This document shows, one piece after another, positions 19,358 to 28,476 of a stretch of DNA of 64,000 nt (position 1 is its first letter; each line of letters opens with the position of its first letter). The stretch comes from Candidatus Krumholzibacteriia bacterium. Lineage in GTDB: Bacteria; Krumholzibacteriota; Krumholzibacteriia; Krumholzibacteriales; Krumholzibacteriaceae. The position numbers were made by a program, and so were the translations under genes. The notes below the pieces were generated by a model. It was not told the DNA's origin. It made no database searches and was given only the letters and a program-made list of their open reading frames with translations. The stretch spans positions 416,001-480,000 of the forward strand of contig CAWIIQ010000001.1 in the NCBI GenBank assembly GCA_963836185.1. Direction: 5' to 3'.

Positions 19358-19423
19358 AGCCAGGGAGTCCAGATCCGGTTATCTTGATTTAAGATCTTTG
19401 AATAACCGCAACCGGAGAGAGGC

Positions 19424-19819
19424 ATGGAGAGGCGAAGGGTAATAATAGCAGACAGTAGCCATCACCTTATGGAAGGAATCAGGGGGCTTCTGGATACTGT
19501 ATTCGATTCATTAGTCATGGTTGCCGATGTAAGGTCCCTGATCGATACCGCCGATAAACTTGGGGCTGATCTGGCGGTGGTGGACCTTACAATCGGTAAC
19601 GGTGATTTCGTTGAGACGATAAGAGATGTGAAAGAGAGGTTTCCGGGCCTCAAGATAATCCTTATGAGTATTCACGACGACGAAAAGGTACTCGAAAAGG
19701 CCATGTTTGCAGGTGTGGATGGATTCGTTCTCAAACGCCTGGTAGCGGACGACCTGTTACCCGCCGTCGATGCCGTTCTCGGCGGCGGGACGTTCGCTTC
19801 AAGACTTCAGAAAAGCTGA
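19424..19819 (+). CDS. Stand-alone receiver-domain protein (NarL-like REC, no HTH)
   Basis: IIADS, DLAVVDL, IILMS, GVDGFVLK; 131 aa. Confidence 0.85.
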   Translation: MERRRVIIADSSHHLMEGIRGLLDTVFDSLVMVADVRSLIDTADKLGADLAVVDLTIGNGDFVETIRDVKERFPGLKIILMSIHDDEKVLEKAMFAGVDGFVLKRLVADDLLPAVDAVLGGGTFASRLQKS

Positions 19820-19826
19820 CCTTCCC

Positions 19827-20471
19827 CTAAATCGAGATAATACCGTGCTTGATGGCGTAGTGTATCAGCTCTGCGCTTGTGCCAAGGTTCAGTTCCTGCA
19901 TCATCTTGTACTTGTGGAACTCTACCGTCCGGGCAGAGATGTTGAGCTTCGCGGCCGTTTCCTTCGTCGAGAAACCCTCGGCGAGCAGCTGCAGGACCTC
20001 GCGCTGGCGGTCAGTGAGCTTCGCGCGGACGTCGTCCGGCCTGATATCTCCATCCTCCCTGTATGAGCGGATCAGGTCGCCGGCGATCATCGGTGTCACG
20101 AATGTCCTTCCCCGTAAAGCTTCCTTAATTGCGGAGACCAGTTCCTGGGTGGCGGCCTGCTTCATGACATAACCCGATGCTCCCGCATCGAATCCCCTCG
20201 TGGCGTAGGTTACGTCACCGTGCATCGTCAGCAGGACTACCTTGATATCGGGATCGATCTTCTTTATCTGGATGGTCGCCTCTATGCCGTTGAGCTCCGG
20301 CATGGAGATATCAGTCACCACGATATTCGGCCTGAGCTTTTCGACTTCCTCGATCAATGCTCTTCCGTTTTCCGCGGTCCCGATGATATCGAACTCATCT
20401 TCCAGAAGGCTCACCAGGCCGTCGAGAAATATCCTGTGATCGTCAGCGAGTACAATCCTGGGGCGTTCCAT
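19827..20471 (-). CDS. NarL/LuxR-family response regulator
   Basis: LADDH, TDISMP, and LTDRQREVLQLLAEGFSTKETAAKLNISARTVEFHK. Confidence 0.95.
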   Translation of the reverse strand: MERPRIVLADDHRIFLDGLVSLLEDEFDIIGTAENGRALIEEVEKLRPNIVVTDISMPELNGIEATIQIKKIDPDIKVVLLTMHGDVTYATRGFDAGASGYVMKQAATQELVSAIKEALRGRTFVTPMIAGDLIRSYREDGDIRPDDVRAKLTDRQREVLQLLAEGFSTKETAAKLNISARTVEFHKYKMMQELNLGTSAELIHYAIKHGIISI

Positions 20472-20490
20472 TAAATCCTCCGTGGTCTCA

Positions 20491-21636
20491 TTAGCCTCCG
20501 CCGAATGGTACTTCGACTGAGACGGTGGTTCCGGAGCCGGGATTCGAGGTGATAGTCACATCACCGCCGATCAGCAGGGCGCGCTCCCTGATACTTACCA
20601 GACCGAGGCGTTTCTTGCTCTTTATCGATTCGAGATCGAATCCGATTCCGTCATCCTCGATTGAGATGTGGATCGAATCCTCTTTCGTGCCAAGCCCTAT
20701 CCTTACCTGTTTCGCTTCAGCGTGCCTGGCTGTATTGCCGAGGCTCTCCTGGATTATCCGGTAGAGGTTAAGCGCAGTCTCTCTCGGCAGATCGGGCGGG
20801 ATCTTTCCGATATCGAACTTGACGGCTATTCCCTCGTTGTCTGCGAAGCTTTTACAATATGAGGCAACAGCGTCGGCCAGCCCGAGGTCCTCGATTATAC
20901 GCGGATGGAGCTGTGTAGCGATGTCGTGGATATCGCCTGAGAGACTGGACATCTCCTCCTGGATCCTCTTGAGGCCCTCGACGTTTCTCTCGTCTTCGAA
21001 GTTGTTGATTTCAATTTTTGCCGCCAGCATTGATATAAGGGCGAGACGCTGGCCCATGCTGTCGTGGAGTTCGCGGGCAAGGTGTCTGTTCGAGTCTTCG
21101 CGCGCAGTAATCAGTTTCCGCGACAGCGCCCGGTATTCCTCGCGGCTTTCGCGCAAGTGCTGTTCGCTCCTGCGCAGCTCATCCTCGGCGATCTTTCTTC
21201 TCGTTATGTTCGTATGGGATACCACCGCTCCACCCTCAGGCCTTTTCATAGGCAGGACGGTCATGAGGAACCAGCGTTCCTCTGTGGGCGACGAGCAGGG
21301 ATATTCCATCGTGAATATCTCCTTCTCGCCACTGATTACCTGCTGCATCCCCGCGAGAGCAGTTGAGGCGTATTCACCGTCTTCGGCTATCGCACGACGG
21401 CACACTTCGAGGTAGTTGGCGCCCTCTGAGACGTCGAGCGCAGACTGGGCGTCGTTCCGGCGTGCGAAACTCCGCCAGGCCTCGTTGACGGCGATTATGC
21501 TGCCGTCCTTCTCGACCACTGCAATGTGCTCGTACAGTGAGTTGAGGACTGCGGTGAAGAATGCCTCGGCATCCGTATGGTCCGGTCCCACAAAGCGGTA
21601 TCGCTCTTCGCGGCATTCTGGATTGTCGTCAGGCAT
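20491..21636 (-). CDS. Cytoplasmic PAS-domain HisKA_3 sensor histidine kinase
   Basis: PAS (AVNEAWRSFA...FTMEYPC), LARELHDSMGQ, RIIQESLGN, DDGIGFD, GLVSIRER; no TM helix. Confidence 0.92.
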   Translation of the reverse strand: MPDDNPECREERYRFVGPDHTDAEAFFTAVLNSLYEHIAVVEKDGSIIAVNEAWRSFARRNDAQSALDVSEGANYLEVCRRAIAEDGEYASTALAGMQQVISGEKEIFTMEYPCSSPTEERWFLMTVLPMKRPEGGAVVSHTNITRRKIAEDELRRSEQHLRESREEYRALSRKLITAREDSNRHLARELHDSMGQRLALISMLAAKIEINNFEDERNVEGLKRIQEEMSSLSGDIHDIATQLHPRIIEDLGLADAVASYCKSFADNEGIAVKFDIGKIPPDLPRETALNLYRIIQESLGNTARHAEAKQVRIGLGTKEDSIHISIEDDGIGFDLESIKSKKRLGLVSIRERALLIGGDVTITSNPGSGTTVSVEVPFGGG

Positions 21637-21758
21637 GATCAGGTCCCCTCGGAAGAATCGACCTGAGTGTACTATTATCTGGCAGCAGTTACAAGGCTGA
21701 GCTGGATGTATGCTGACGGACGGAGTTGTTTTCGACCTCTCCGAATACCCTCAGCAGG

Positions 21759-22025
21759 TTAACTCCCCGTCGTAGTCGGAACCGAGGCCGATGTGGTCGA
21801 TCAGGACGTCGATCTCCTGTGATTCGGACATTGACGCAATCCACAGGGGCCTGAGTTTCTCGCGGGCCGCCTCATTCCGGCTTGTCTGTCGACGAATCGC
21901 TGTAGGCGTCTCCGCTCCCGACGAAGACGGCGAGGAATACGGCGTCGAGCCCGCCCTTGTCGTTGCGCACGCATATATCGAGGGCCCCGGATCATGTTCA
22001 GCGGCGTGTCTACGTGTGTGTTTCT
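21759..22025 (-). pseudogene. Internally deleted remnant of membrane dipeptidase (peptidase M19)
   Basis: Minus-strand translations give THVDTPL (~22000-22020), KGGLDAVFLAVFVG (~21920-21960) and IDHIGLGSDYDG (~21766-21802), in different frames. Confidence 0.65.
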
Positions 22026-22067
22026 GACGGCTCTGGAAATGAAGGGAAATAAGAATTTACGGTAAAC

Positions 22068-23235
22068 TCATGCAGGTGCGAGGCCGGGCCCGTGTCTGGC
22101 GAGAAAGAGGGCGAGCAGCGCGGTTCTCGATGCGAGTGTTGGGATGAGGATCCTCTCGCGTTCTGTGTGGTCATCGAGGCAGACCGGCCCGAAGCCGTCG
22201 ATGGCGGGGACGCCCGCGGCCCCGAAGAAATTAGCGTCGGAGGTGCCGCGCCTGTGCTCAGTCGTGACGACGGTACCCACCAAGCCGGCGGTCAGTTCCA
22301 GGGAGGCCATCAACCTCGCCGTACCCTCCGTTGCGGGCATGGCCGGGCGATGGTTGAGTATCGTCAGCCGGCAGCTGCCGGCTCCGGTCGTCCGGTCCTC
22401 GGTGAGGCGCCTTGCCTCGGAGACGAGCTTTTCGAAATAGATCTCATCGCGCCACCTCAGGTCGAAGAGGCAGTGAGCCTCGCCCGGAACGGTGCTCGGG
22501 CCGAGCCCGCCGCTGACCTTACCGACATTTACCGTGACATCGGGGAAAGCTCCATTGAGCGATTCGAGCGCTATCACCGCACGGGACAGTTCGAGTACGG
22601 CGCTACTTTTCTCACCGTCAGCCCCTTCCGACGTGGTCCTGCTCCCCGGTGCAGTCGAGCCGGCCGCCGGCCTTGCCGTTCCGTGATACGACGAGCTCTC
22701 CGTTCTCCCCGGCGCATTCGGCGGTGAGGCAGGCGGCGGCGCGCGCCCTCTCACGTTCGTAGATCGCGCGGGAGCCGGTCGAGCCTGTCTCTTCATCTGC
22801 GCCGAGTATCATCGAGAGGTTCATCGAATCGATCACACCGGCATGCGCAAGCGCCTCGAGGGCGAACACGATCACGGCCAGCCCGCCTTTCATGTCACCC
22901 GTGCCCGGGCCTGTGAGCCAGTCGCCATCCCTGCTGCACGACTGGAAGGAATGGCCGGGGGGGAAGACGGTGTCGAGGTGGCCGAGAAGGTATATGGCCG
23001 GCCCGTCCCCGCCGCTTCTGAGGATATGATGGGTGCGCCCGGCTTCGTCCGTGGTGGGCTCATGCGTGCGGAAGAGAGAACCGGCCCTCTCGAGGATCAT
23101 ACCGGCCACTCGCTGCACTCCATCGATGTTGTCCGTGTAGCTGTTGACGCGGCAGAGGTCCTCCACGAACCGGAGCTGGTCACCGGCCTCGCGCTCGACG
23201 TGGTCGAGAATCGAATTCTGCACCGATTCATTCAT
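22068..23235 (-). CDS. M20 family metallopeptidase (glutamate carboxypeptidase-like), frameshift near 22625
   Basis: LLGHLDTVFP, GPGTGDMKGG, ADEETGS, GTSDANFF, IDGFGP..HTERE. Confidence 0.85.
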
Positions 23236-24502
23236 CGATCAGCTCGTCTTCGTATTCGCATACATCGCCGGCCCAGGTCCTGAACAGGAGCTTTCCGTTG
23301 CGATTGTAGTTGAGCAGGTAGGTCGGCGCCATCGGCGTCTTGCCCCTGCCCTCGGGGGCGGTGATTATGAATGTCGGCACGGCGAGTCCCGACGTGTACC
23401 CCCGGAGGTTCTCGATGATGTTGAGGCCGTCAGCGACCGGCACCCTGAAGTGCCTTATGCCCTCGAGCTTCTTGCAGTTGAATATGTAGTACGGCCGCAC
23501 GCGGATGCGCACGAGCTCGTGGACCAGCTTCTTCATGACGTTCACGTCGTTGTTGATGCCGCGCAGCAGCACCGACTGGTTGCCGATGACTACCCCGGCT
23601 CCGATCAGCCTGTCGACGGCGTCCTCGGCCTCCGGCGTTATCTCCATCGGGGAATTGAACTGCGTGTTGAGGTAAACAGGCTTGTGCCGCTCGAGCATGC
23701 TGCACAGCTCCGGCGTCACCCGCTGAGGCAGGGTCGCCAGCATGCGCGAGCCGAGTCTCTTGATCTCCACGTGCCCGATTTTATCGAGCTCGCCGAGGAT
23801 CCAGTCGAGATAGTCATCCGAGAGGGCCAGCGCGTCACCGCCGGTGAGCAGGACGTCCCTGATCTCGGGCGACTCGGCGATGTAGTCGAGCGCGGCCTGG
23901 ACGTCATCCTTCGGATAGATCATATCCTTCGACGATATGTCTTTCTTGCGCAGGCAGTGCCGGCAGAACATCGCGCATATGTTCGTCACATTGATTATCA
24001 GCCGATCGGGATAGAGGCGCGTTATCAGCGGAGCAGGCGAGTTGTACTTGATCGCGTAATGGTCCTCGGTCCCTATGGCGAGGTACTCCTCGCTCGTCGG
24101 GATCGACTGCATGTATATCGGGCATGAGCGGTCGGAGGGATCGATGAGGCTGGCGTAGTATGGGGATACCGACCAGCGGCCGAGTGCGGCGGCCTTTTCG
24201 ATCACCCCGGTCTCCTCGTCGTTCAGGTCGAGGATCCGCGAAAGGGTCCCGGTGTCCTTGATGACGTTGCTGATGTGCCACCGGTGGTCGTTCCAGTCGC
24301 CGGCGGTGCCCCCGAGGACCTCGAGTATCCTCGCTTTACTCTTCTCTGTCCTCTCCCGGCGGTTTGTACCCGTCGGTATCGAATCACGGACGTCGAGGTA
24401 TCCCTTTATCCGGCTCTTTCTTTCGGCGGCCCGCTCCCTTGCGATCTTCCGGTTCTCTTCCGGGATGTACATCGGCGATTTCGGATCGTTGGCTACTGAC
24501 AT
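23228..24502 (-). CDS. eam: KamA-family radical SAM/PLP aminomutase, most similar in layout to glutamate 2,3-aminomutase
   Basis: CAMFCRHC in YPDRLIINVTNICAMFCRHC, LLTGGD, NQSVLLRGINN, PLP Lys in PEGRGKTP. The N-terminal extension ERAAERKSRIKGYL...ILEVLGGTAGDW is as I recall for Eam; specificity not proven. Confidence 0.7.
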   Translation of the reverse strand: MSVANDPKSPMYIPEENRKIARERAAERKSRIKGYLDVRDSIPTGTNRRERTEKSKARILEVLGGTAGDWNDHRWHISNVIKDTGTLSRILDLNDEETGVIEKAAALGRWSVSPYYASLIDPSDRSCPIYMQSIPTSEEYLAIGTEDHYAIKYNSPAPLITRLYPDRLIINVTNICAMFCRHCLRKKDISSKDMIYPKDDVQAALDYIAESPEIRDVLLTGGDALALSDDYLDWILGELDKIGHVEIKRLGSRMLATLPQRVTPELCSMLERHKPVYLNTQFNSPMEITPEAEDAVDRLIGAGVVIGNQSVLLRGINNDVNVMKKLVHELVRIRVRPYYIFNCKKLEGIRHFRVPVADGLNIIENLRGYTSGLAVPTFIITAPEGRGKTPMAPTYLLNYNRNGKLLFRTWAGDVCEYEDELIDE

Positions 24503-25599
24503 CGGTATCTCCCCGTCTGGTGCCGGCCGTCCCTACTTTTTGGGGCGTGTCTTGTTCTTCTCTTTTTTTCTGTTGTTCTTCTTCCCTCTTCGACCTGCTT
24601 CCCGAAATATTCCGGCTCATCGGCCGCGTAACGCTCGACAGCGACCTCGACGATACGGCCGATCAGTTTGCCGTAGCTGAGGCCGTCCTTCGATGCCGCG
24701 TAGACGAAAGATGATCCGGGATTGAGGCTTGCCATCGAGTTGGCCTCGAGGATGAAAGGCCTGTTAAAGCGGTCGAGCCTGAAATCTATCCGGGCGAAAT
24801 CGTGGATATTGAGCAGTTCGAAGGCTTTCACCGCCAGATCCTGGATGTACTCTGAAGTCTCCTTCGGCAGGTCGGCGGGGCAGACCTTCTCTACCTTTTT
24901 CTTCCGGCCCCTGGCAAACTTCGCGTCGTGGGAGTAGATCTCGTCGTCCAGAATCAGCTCGAGCACGGGAAGGGCCCTGGGTGGATTGTTCCCGAGCACT
25001 CCGACGTTGACCTCTCGTCCCTCTATGAACTCCTCCACGATCACCGGCTGCCTGAACTCGCTCAGTATCCTGTCGACCGCTTCGTGCAGCGCTTCCTCGT
25101 CTCTGACGACCGTGATCCCGAAGCTCGCCGCCTCTCCCCGGGGCTTGACGATGAGCGGAAATTCGAGGTTGCCGGCTCTCTGGTCGGGGGAGGAGAAGAC
25201 CTTGTAGCTGGGCGTCGGCAGATTGTTCGCGGTGAATATCTGTTTCGAGACGACCTTGTCCAGGGCGAGCGTGTGGCCTATCGGGCTCGAACCGGTGTAA
25301 GGAAGGCCGGCGAATTCAAGTATTGCCGGCACGTGCGTGTAGCGGGCCTTGCCCTGTATGCCCAGGGCCATGTTGAGTACGATGCCGTTGCTGCGCCTCT
25401 TCGATATCCTGGGAAGGAACTTGTTGATCTTCGACAGAAGGAACCTGTCACCGGCTACAAGCTCGACTTCGTGCCCCTGCTTCTCGAGCGCGGCGGCCGC
25501 GCGCGCTATCGTCTCCTGGGGATACCATTCCCTGTTCTGGATACCGAAGACGTTGATTATGCCTTTCGCGTCGGGATTGTAGACTATCGCAACCTTCAA
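24493..25599 (-). CDS. D-Ala-D-Ala ligase-like ATP-grasp enzyme
   Basis: GLPYTGS..LALDK, PLIVKPRGEAASFGI, VEEFIEGREV, ARIDFR, LEANSM. Confidence 0.9.
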   Translation of the reverse strand: MKVAIVYNPDAKGIINVFGIQNREWYPQETIARAAAALEKQGHEVELVAGDRFLLSKINKFLPRISKRRSNGIVLNMALGIQGKARYTHVPAILEFAGLPYTGSSPIGHTLALDKVVSKQIFTANNLPTPSYKVFSSPDQRAGNLEFPLIVKPRGEAASFGITVVRDEEALHEAVDRILSEFRQPVIVEEFIEGREVNVGVLGNNPPRALPVLELILDDEIYSHDAKFARGRKKKVEKVCPADLPKETSEYIQDLAVKAFELLNIHDFARIDFRLDRFNRPFILEANSMASLNPGSSFVYAASKDGLSYGKLIGRIVEVAVERYAADEPEYFGKQVEEGRRTTEKKRRTRHAPKSRDGRHQTGRYRCQ

Positions 25600-25732
25600 G
25601 TTCGATCACCTCGAAACGGTGTTAAAGAAGTCGGTTCGTCTGCCCCGGTTCAGGCTGTCTGTATGCAGTGGTATCTCAACATAGCATATACGGGGCCGGA
25701 GTCATAGGGATGCATTACGGGGATGATAAAAC

Positions 25733-25763
25733 AAAGGGCGGGCCCTTGCGGGTCCGCCCCTCT
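25733..25763 (-). terminator. Rho-independent terminator after TPR gene
   Basis: GGGCGGGCCC-TTGC-GGGTCCGCCC stem, followed by TTTGTTTT on the minus strand. Confidence 0.7.
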
Positions 25764-25786
25764 CTGCGCCTCGTCTGAAAGGACCT

Positions 25787-26861
25787 CTATTCCGGGCCGG
25801 CAGTCGTCGTGTCGGGCAGCGCCACTGCGGCGATCCCGATCAACAGCGAATCAGTCAGGGCTGTGACTTCATGTGTTTCATTGCCGTCCGCGGCAAGCTT
25901 CCAGTCCTCCATCTTTTCGATGAAACGCTGCGCATACTCACCGAGATCTATCGTTTCCACACCAGGCTCCTCGTCGACGCCCTGGATGCGGACGAGGTTG
26001 GCGTATGCCTTTTCATGGCCGTCATCGGCCTCGAAGGCGTGGCTGTAGGCCTGCTCGGCAGAGCGGTAACGGCCCGTCCGCTCGAGGGCCATCCCGAGGT
26101 TGTTCCAGAAGAAGGCCCTGTTGCTGTCGATCTGCGTGGCGCGGGCCAGCGGAAGCAGGGCCTCCTCGTAACGTCCCTCGCCGATCATGATCAGGGCCAT
26201 GTTGTTCATCGACCAGGCGTCCTTCCCGTCGATGCTGATCGCCTCGCGGTAAGCATCGATCGCTTCGTCCTTGCTTCCGAGCTGGTCGAGAGCTCTGCCC
26301 TTGAGGCGGTATGCGACGTGCAGGCCGGGATCGATTTCGATCGCCTCGTCTATCCTGACAAGCGCCTCCGAGGGGCGGCCGGTGTCGAGGAGGACGCGGC
26401 TGAGGTTAAGCATGCTCTTGACATGTCCGGGGGCGAGGGCGAGAGCCTTCTCGAACGATTCCTCGGCATACTCATGGTCGCCGGCCTTCCAGGCGGAGAG
26501 TCCGAGCATGTAGAATCCCCACGGATTCTGGTCCTTGTTCGTGGTGTAGATCGTGAAAAGCTGCATGGCTGTCTGGTACTGCCTGTTGTTGTAGGCAACT
26601 TCGGCATCCTCGTAGGCGACGACCTTAGGCAGCTCGGGCTCCTTCGGCTCTTCCTTGACCGCTAACTGCTCCTCGACGGGGACTGCCTTGGGGGCGTTCG
26701 ATGCGGGCGGCCTGGTTCGAGATGGAGGGGGAGGTCTTCCTGGCGACCCTGCGGGTCGTCTTTTCCGTGTTGTCATCGCCGCATCCGGCGACGACCGATA
26801 CGATGATCAGCACCGCGAGGATCGCGATACTTGTGGCCCTTTTTCTGATGATGCTCAGCAT
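25787..26861 (-). CDS. TPR-repeat lipoprotein (frameshift near 26700)
   Basis: Lipobox VAGC in ORF 26625-26861, and about six TPRs in ORF 25787-26776. Confidence 0.8.
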
Positions 26862-26930
26862 TTCGGGCCTCCTTTCGGGTTGTGAGCCCCTGCGGGCCCA
26901 GGTTCGTGACTGCTTTCAACGGGGATATAT

Positions 26931-26947
26931 CGCAAGGACGGGACCGG
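26931..26947 (-). promoter_or_regulatory. Sigma54 -24/-12 promoter of TPR lipoprotein gene
   Basis: Minus strand cCGGtcccgtccTTGCg, i.e. GG-N10-GC, ~70 bp before the start codon. Confidence 0.6.
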
Positions 26948-27043
26948 ACGAGGAGGGGAAATTTGAAGATGATGGAAGTTATTTTTATTAAAGATGTTAG
27001 GGGTTACTGCATCCTCGGGGGCAGGGGCACTGGTCCTGGCAGT

Positions 27044-27093
27044 GTGTCCAGACGGACACGCCTTGAAACAGGCGCATGTGTCCGTGTGGACAC
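27044..27093. promoter_or_regulatory. Two palindromic enhancer (UAS) sites GTGTCC-N4-GGACAC
   Basis: 27044-27059 and 27078-27093, 34 bp apart, ~100-150 bp upstream of the -24 element. Confidence 0.7.
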
Positions 27094-27116
27094 GTAGCTT
27101 GAGGTCAGTATCGGGG

Positions 27117-28472
27117 CTATTTCTTCCTGATGTCATGGCGGCGCATGATCTTCAGGAGGGAGGCGTGATCGGCCAGCCCGAGGTCGGCCGCCGTCTTCGT
27201 GATCTGCCAGCCGTTTCGCTCGAGGGCCGCTATGATGATGTGCCGCTCGGCCTCCGCTTTCTGATCCTGGAATGTGCCCGTCCCGGGGAGAGACGGCGCT
27301 CCAGTCCCCTCGCCGACCTCGGCCGGCACGTCGCCGGGGCCGATGATGTCGCCCGCGGAGGAGATGACCATCCGCTCGATGATGTTCCGCAGCTCGCGGA
27401 CATTGTTGCGGCGCCACTCGCAGTCCATAAGGAGGGCGAGGGCCTCGGGCGAGAGCGTCCTTGTCCTCACTCCGAACCTCGCGCATACAGATTCGAGGAA
27501 ATGCCCCGCCAGTTCGGCGACATCGGATCGGCGGTCGCGAAGGGGCGGGACGTGGATCGTGTGAACGTTGACGCGATAGAAGAGGTCCTGGCGGAATCTG
27601 CCCGCTGTGACCTCTGCCTCGAGGTCGCGGTTCGTTGCGGCGACGACGCGGGTATCGACCTCTATGGTCCGTTCGCCGCCGACGCGCATCACCCTGTGAT
27701 CCTCGAGAACGCGCAGCAGTTTCGCCTGCGCCGCGGCTGGCAGCTCGCCTATCTCGTCGAGAAAGAGGGTCCCGCCTGAGGCGAGCTCGAATGCTCCCTT
27801 GCGTACGCGGTCGGCGCCGGTGAATGCGCCCCGTTCATGGCCGAAAAGTTCGCTTTCGACGAGGTTCTCGGGAAGGGCTGCGCTGTTTATCGCGACAAAC
27901 GGCGCTTTCGGCCCCGGGCCGAGGCGGTGAAGCTCGCGCGCAACCAGCTCCTTGCCCGTGCCGCTTTCACCTGTTACGAGGACGGTGCTCGGGATGCCGG
28001 CTACCTTCGCGATCTGCTCCCCCAGCTGCCGTATCGGAGCGCTCGAGCCGATGATAGGGGAGTCGGCGCCGAGATCGCGCCTCAGCGCCCTGACCTCCGT
28101 CTCGAGCCTGACCCGCTCGAGAGCGTTCTCTACCTCGCGGGCGACGCGCTCCATCGATTCCGCCTTGTCGATAAAGCTGTACGCGCCGAGGCGGATCGCC
28201 TTCATGCAGCGGTCGAAGTCGCCGGTGCCTGTATAGACTATCACCGGCGTCGGGTCCTGCAGTTCGGCCAGGCGGCGCAGCACCGAAAACCCGTCGACGC
28301 CGGGCATCTCGAGGTCGAGGATGACGCAGTCGACGGCCTCACTGGCGATGATCTCGAGCGCCTGCGCCCCGCCGGTGGCGACCATCGTCTCGTAGCCGCC
28401 GACCCGCTTGAGGTCGTAGGCATACTGCTGCCCGAGGGGGAGGACGTCATCTACGATCAGTACGAGCGCCAT
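27117..28472 (-). CDS. Sigma54-dependent NtrC-family response regulator
   Basis: REC (LDLEMP), [32 protein letters not shown], Fis-type HTH. Confidence 0.96.
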   Translation of the reverse strand: MALVLIVDDVLPLGQQYAYDLKRVGGYETMVATGGAQALEIIASEAVDCVILDLEMPGVDGFSVLRRLAELQDPTPVIVYTGTGDFDRCMKAIRLGAYSFIDKAESMERVAREVENALERVRLETEVRALRRDLGADSPIIGSSAPIRQLGEQIAKVAGIPSTVLVTGESGTGKELVARELHRLGPGPKAPFVAINSAALPENLVESELFGHERGAFTGADRVRKGAFELASGGTLFLDEIGELPAAAQAKLLRVLEDHRVMRVGGERTIEVDTRVVAATNRDLEAEVTAGRFRQDLFYRVNVHTIHVPPLRDRRSDVAELAGHFLESVCARFGVRTRTLSPEALALLMDCEWRRNNVRELRNIIERMVISSAGDIIGPGDVPAEVGEGTGAPSLPGTGTFQDQKAEAERHIIIAALERNGWQITKTAADLGLADHASLLKIMRRHDIRKK

Positions 28473-28476
28473 CCTG

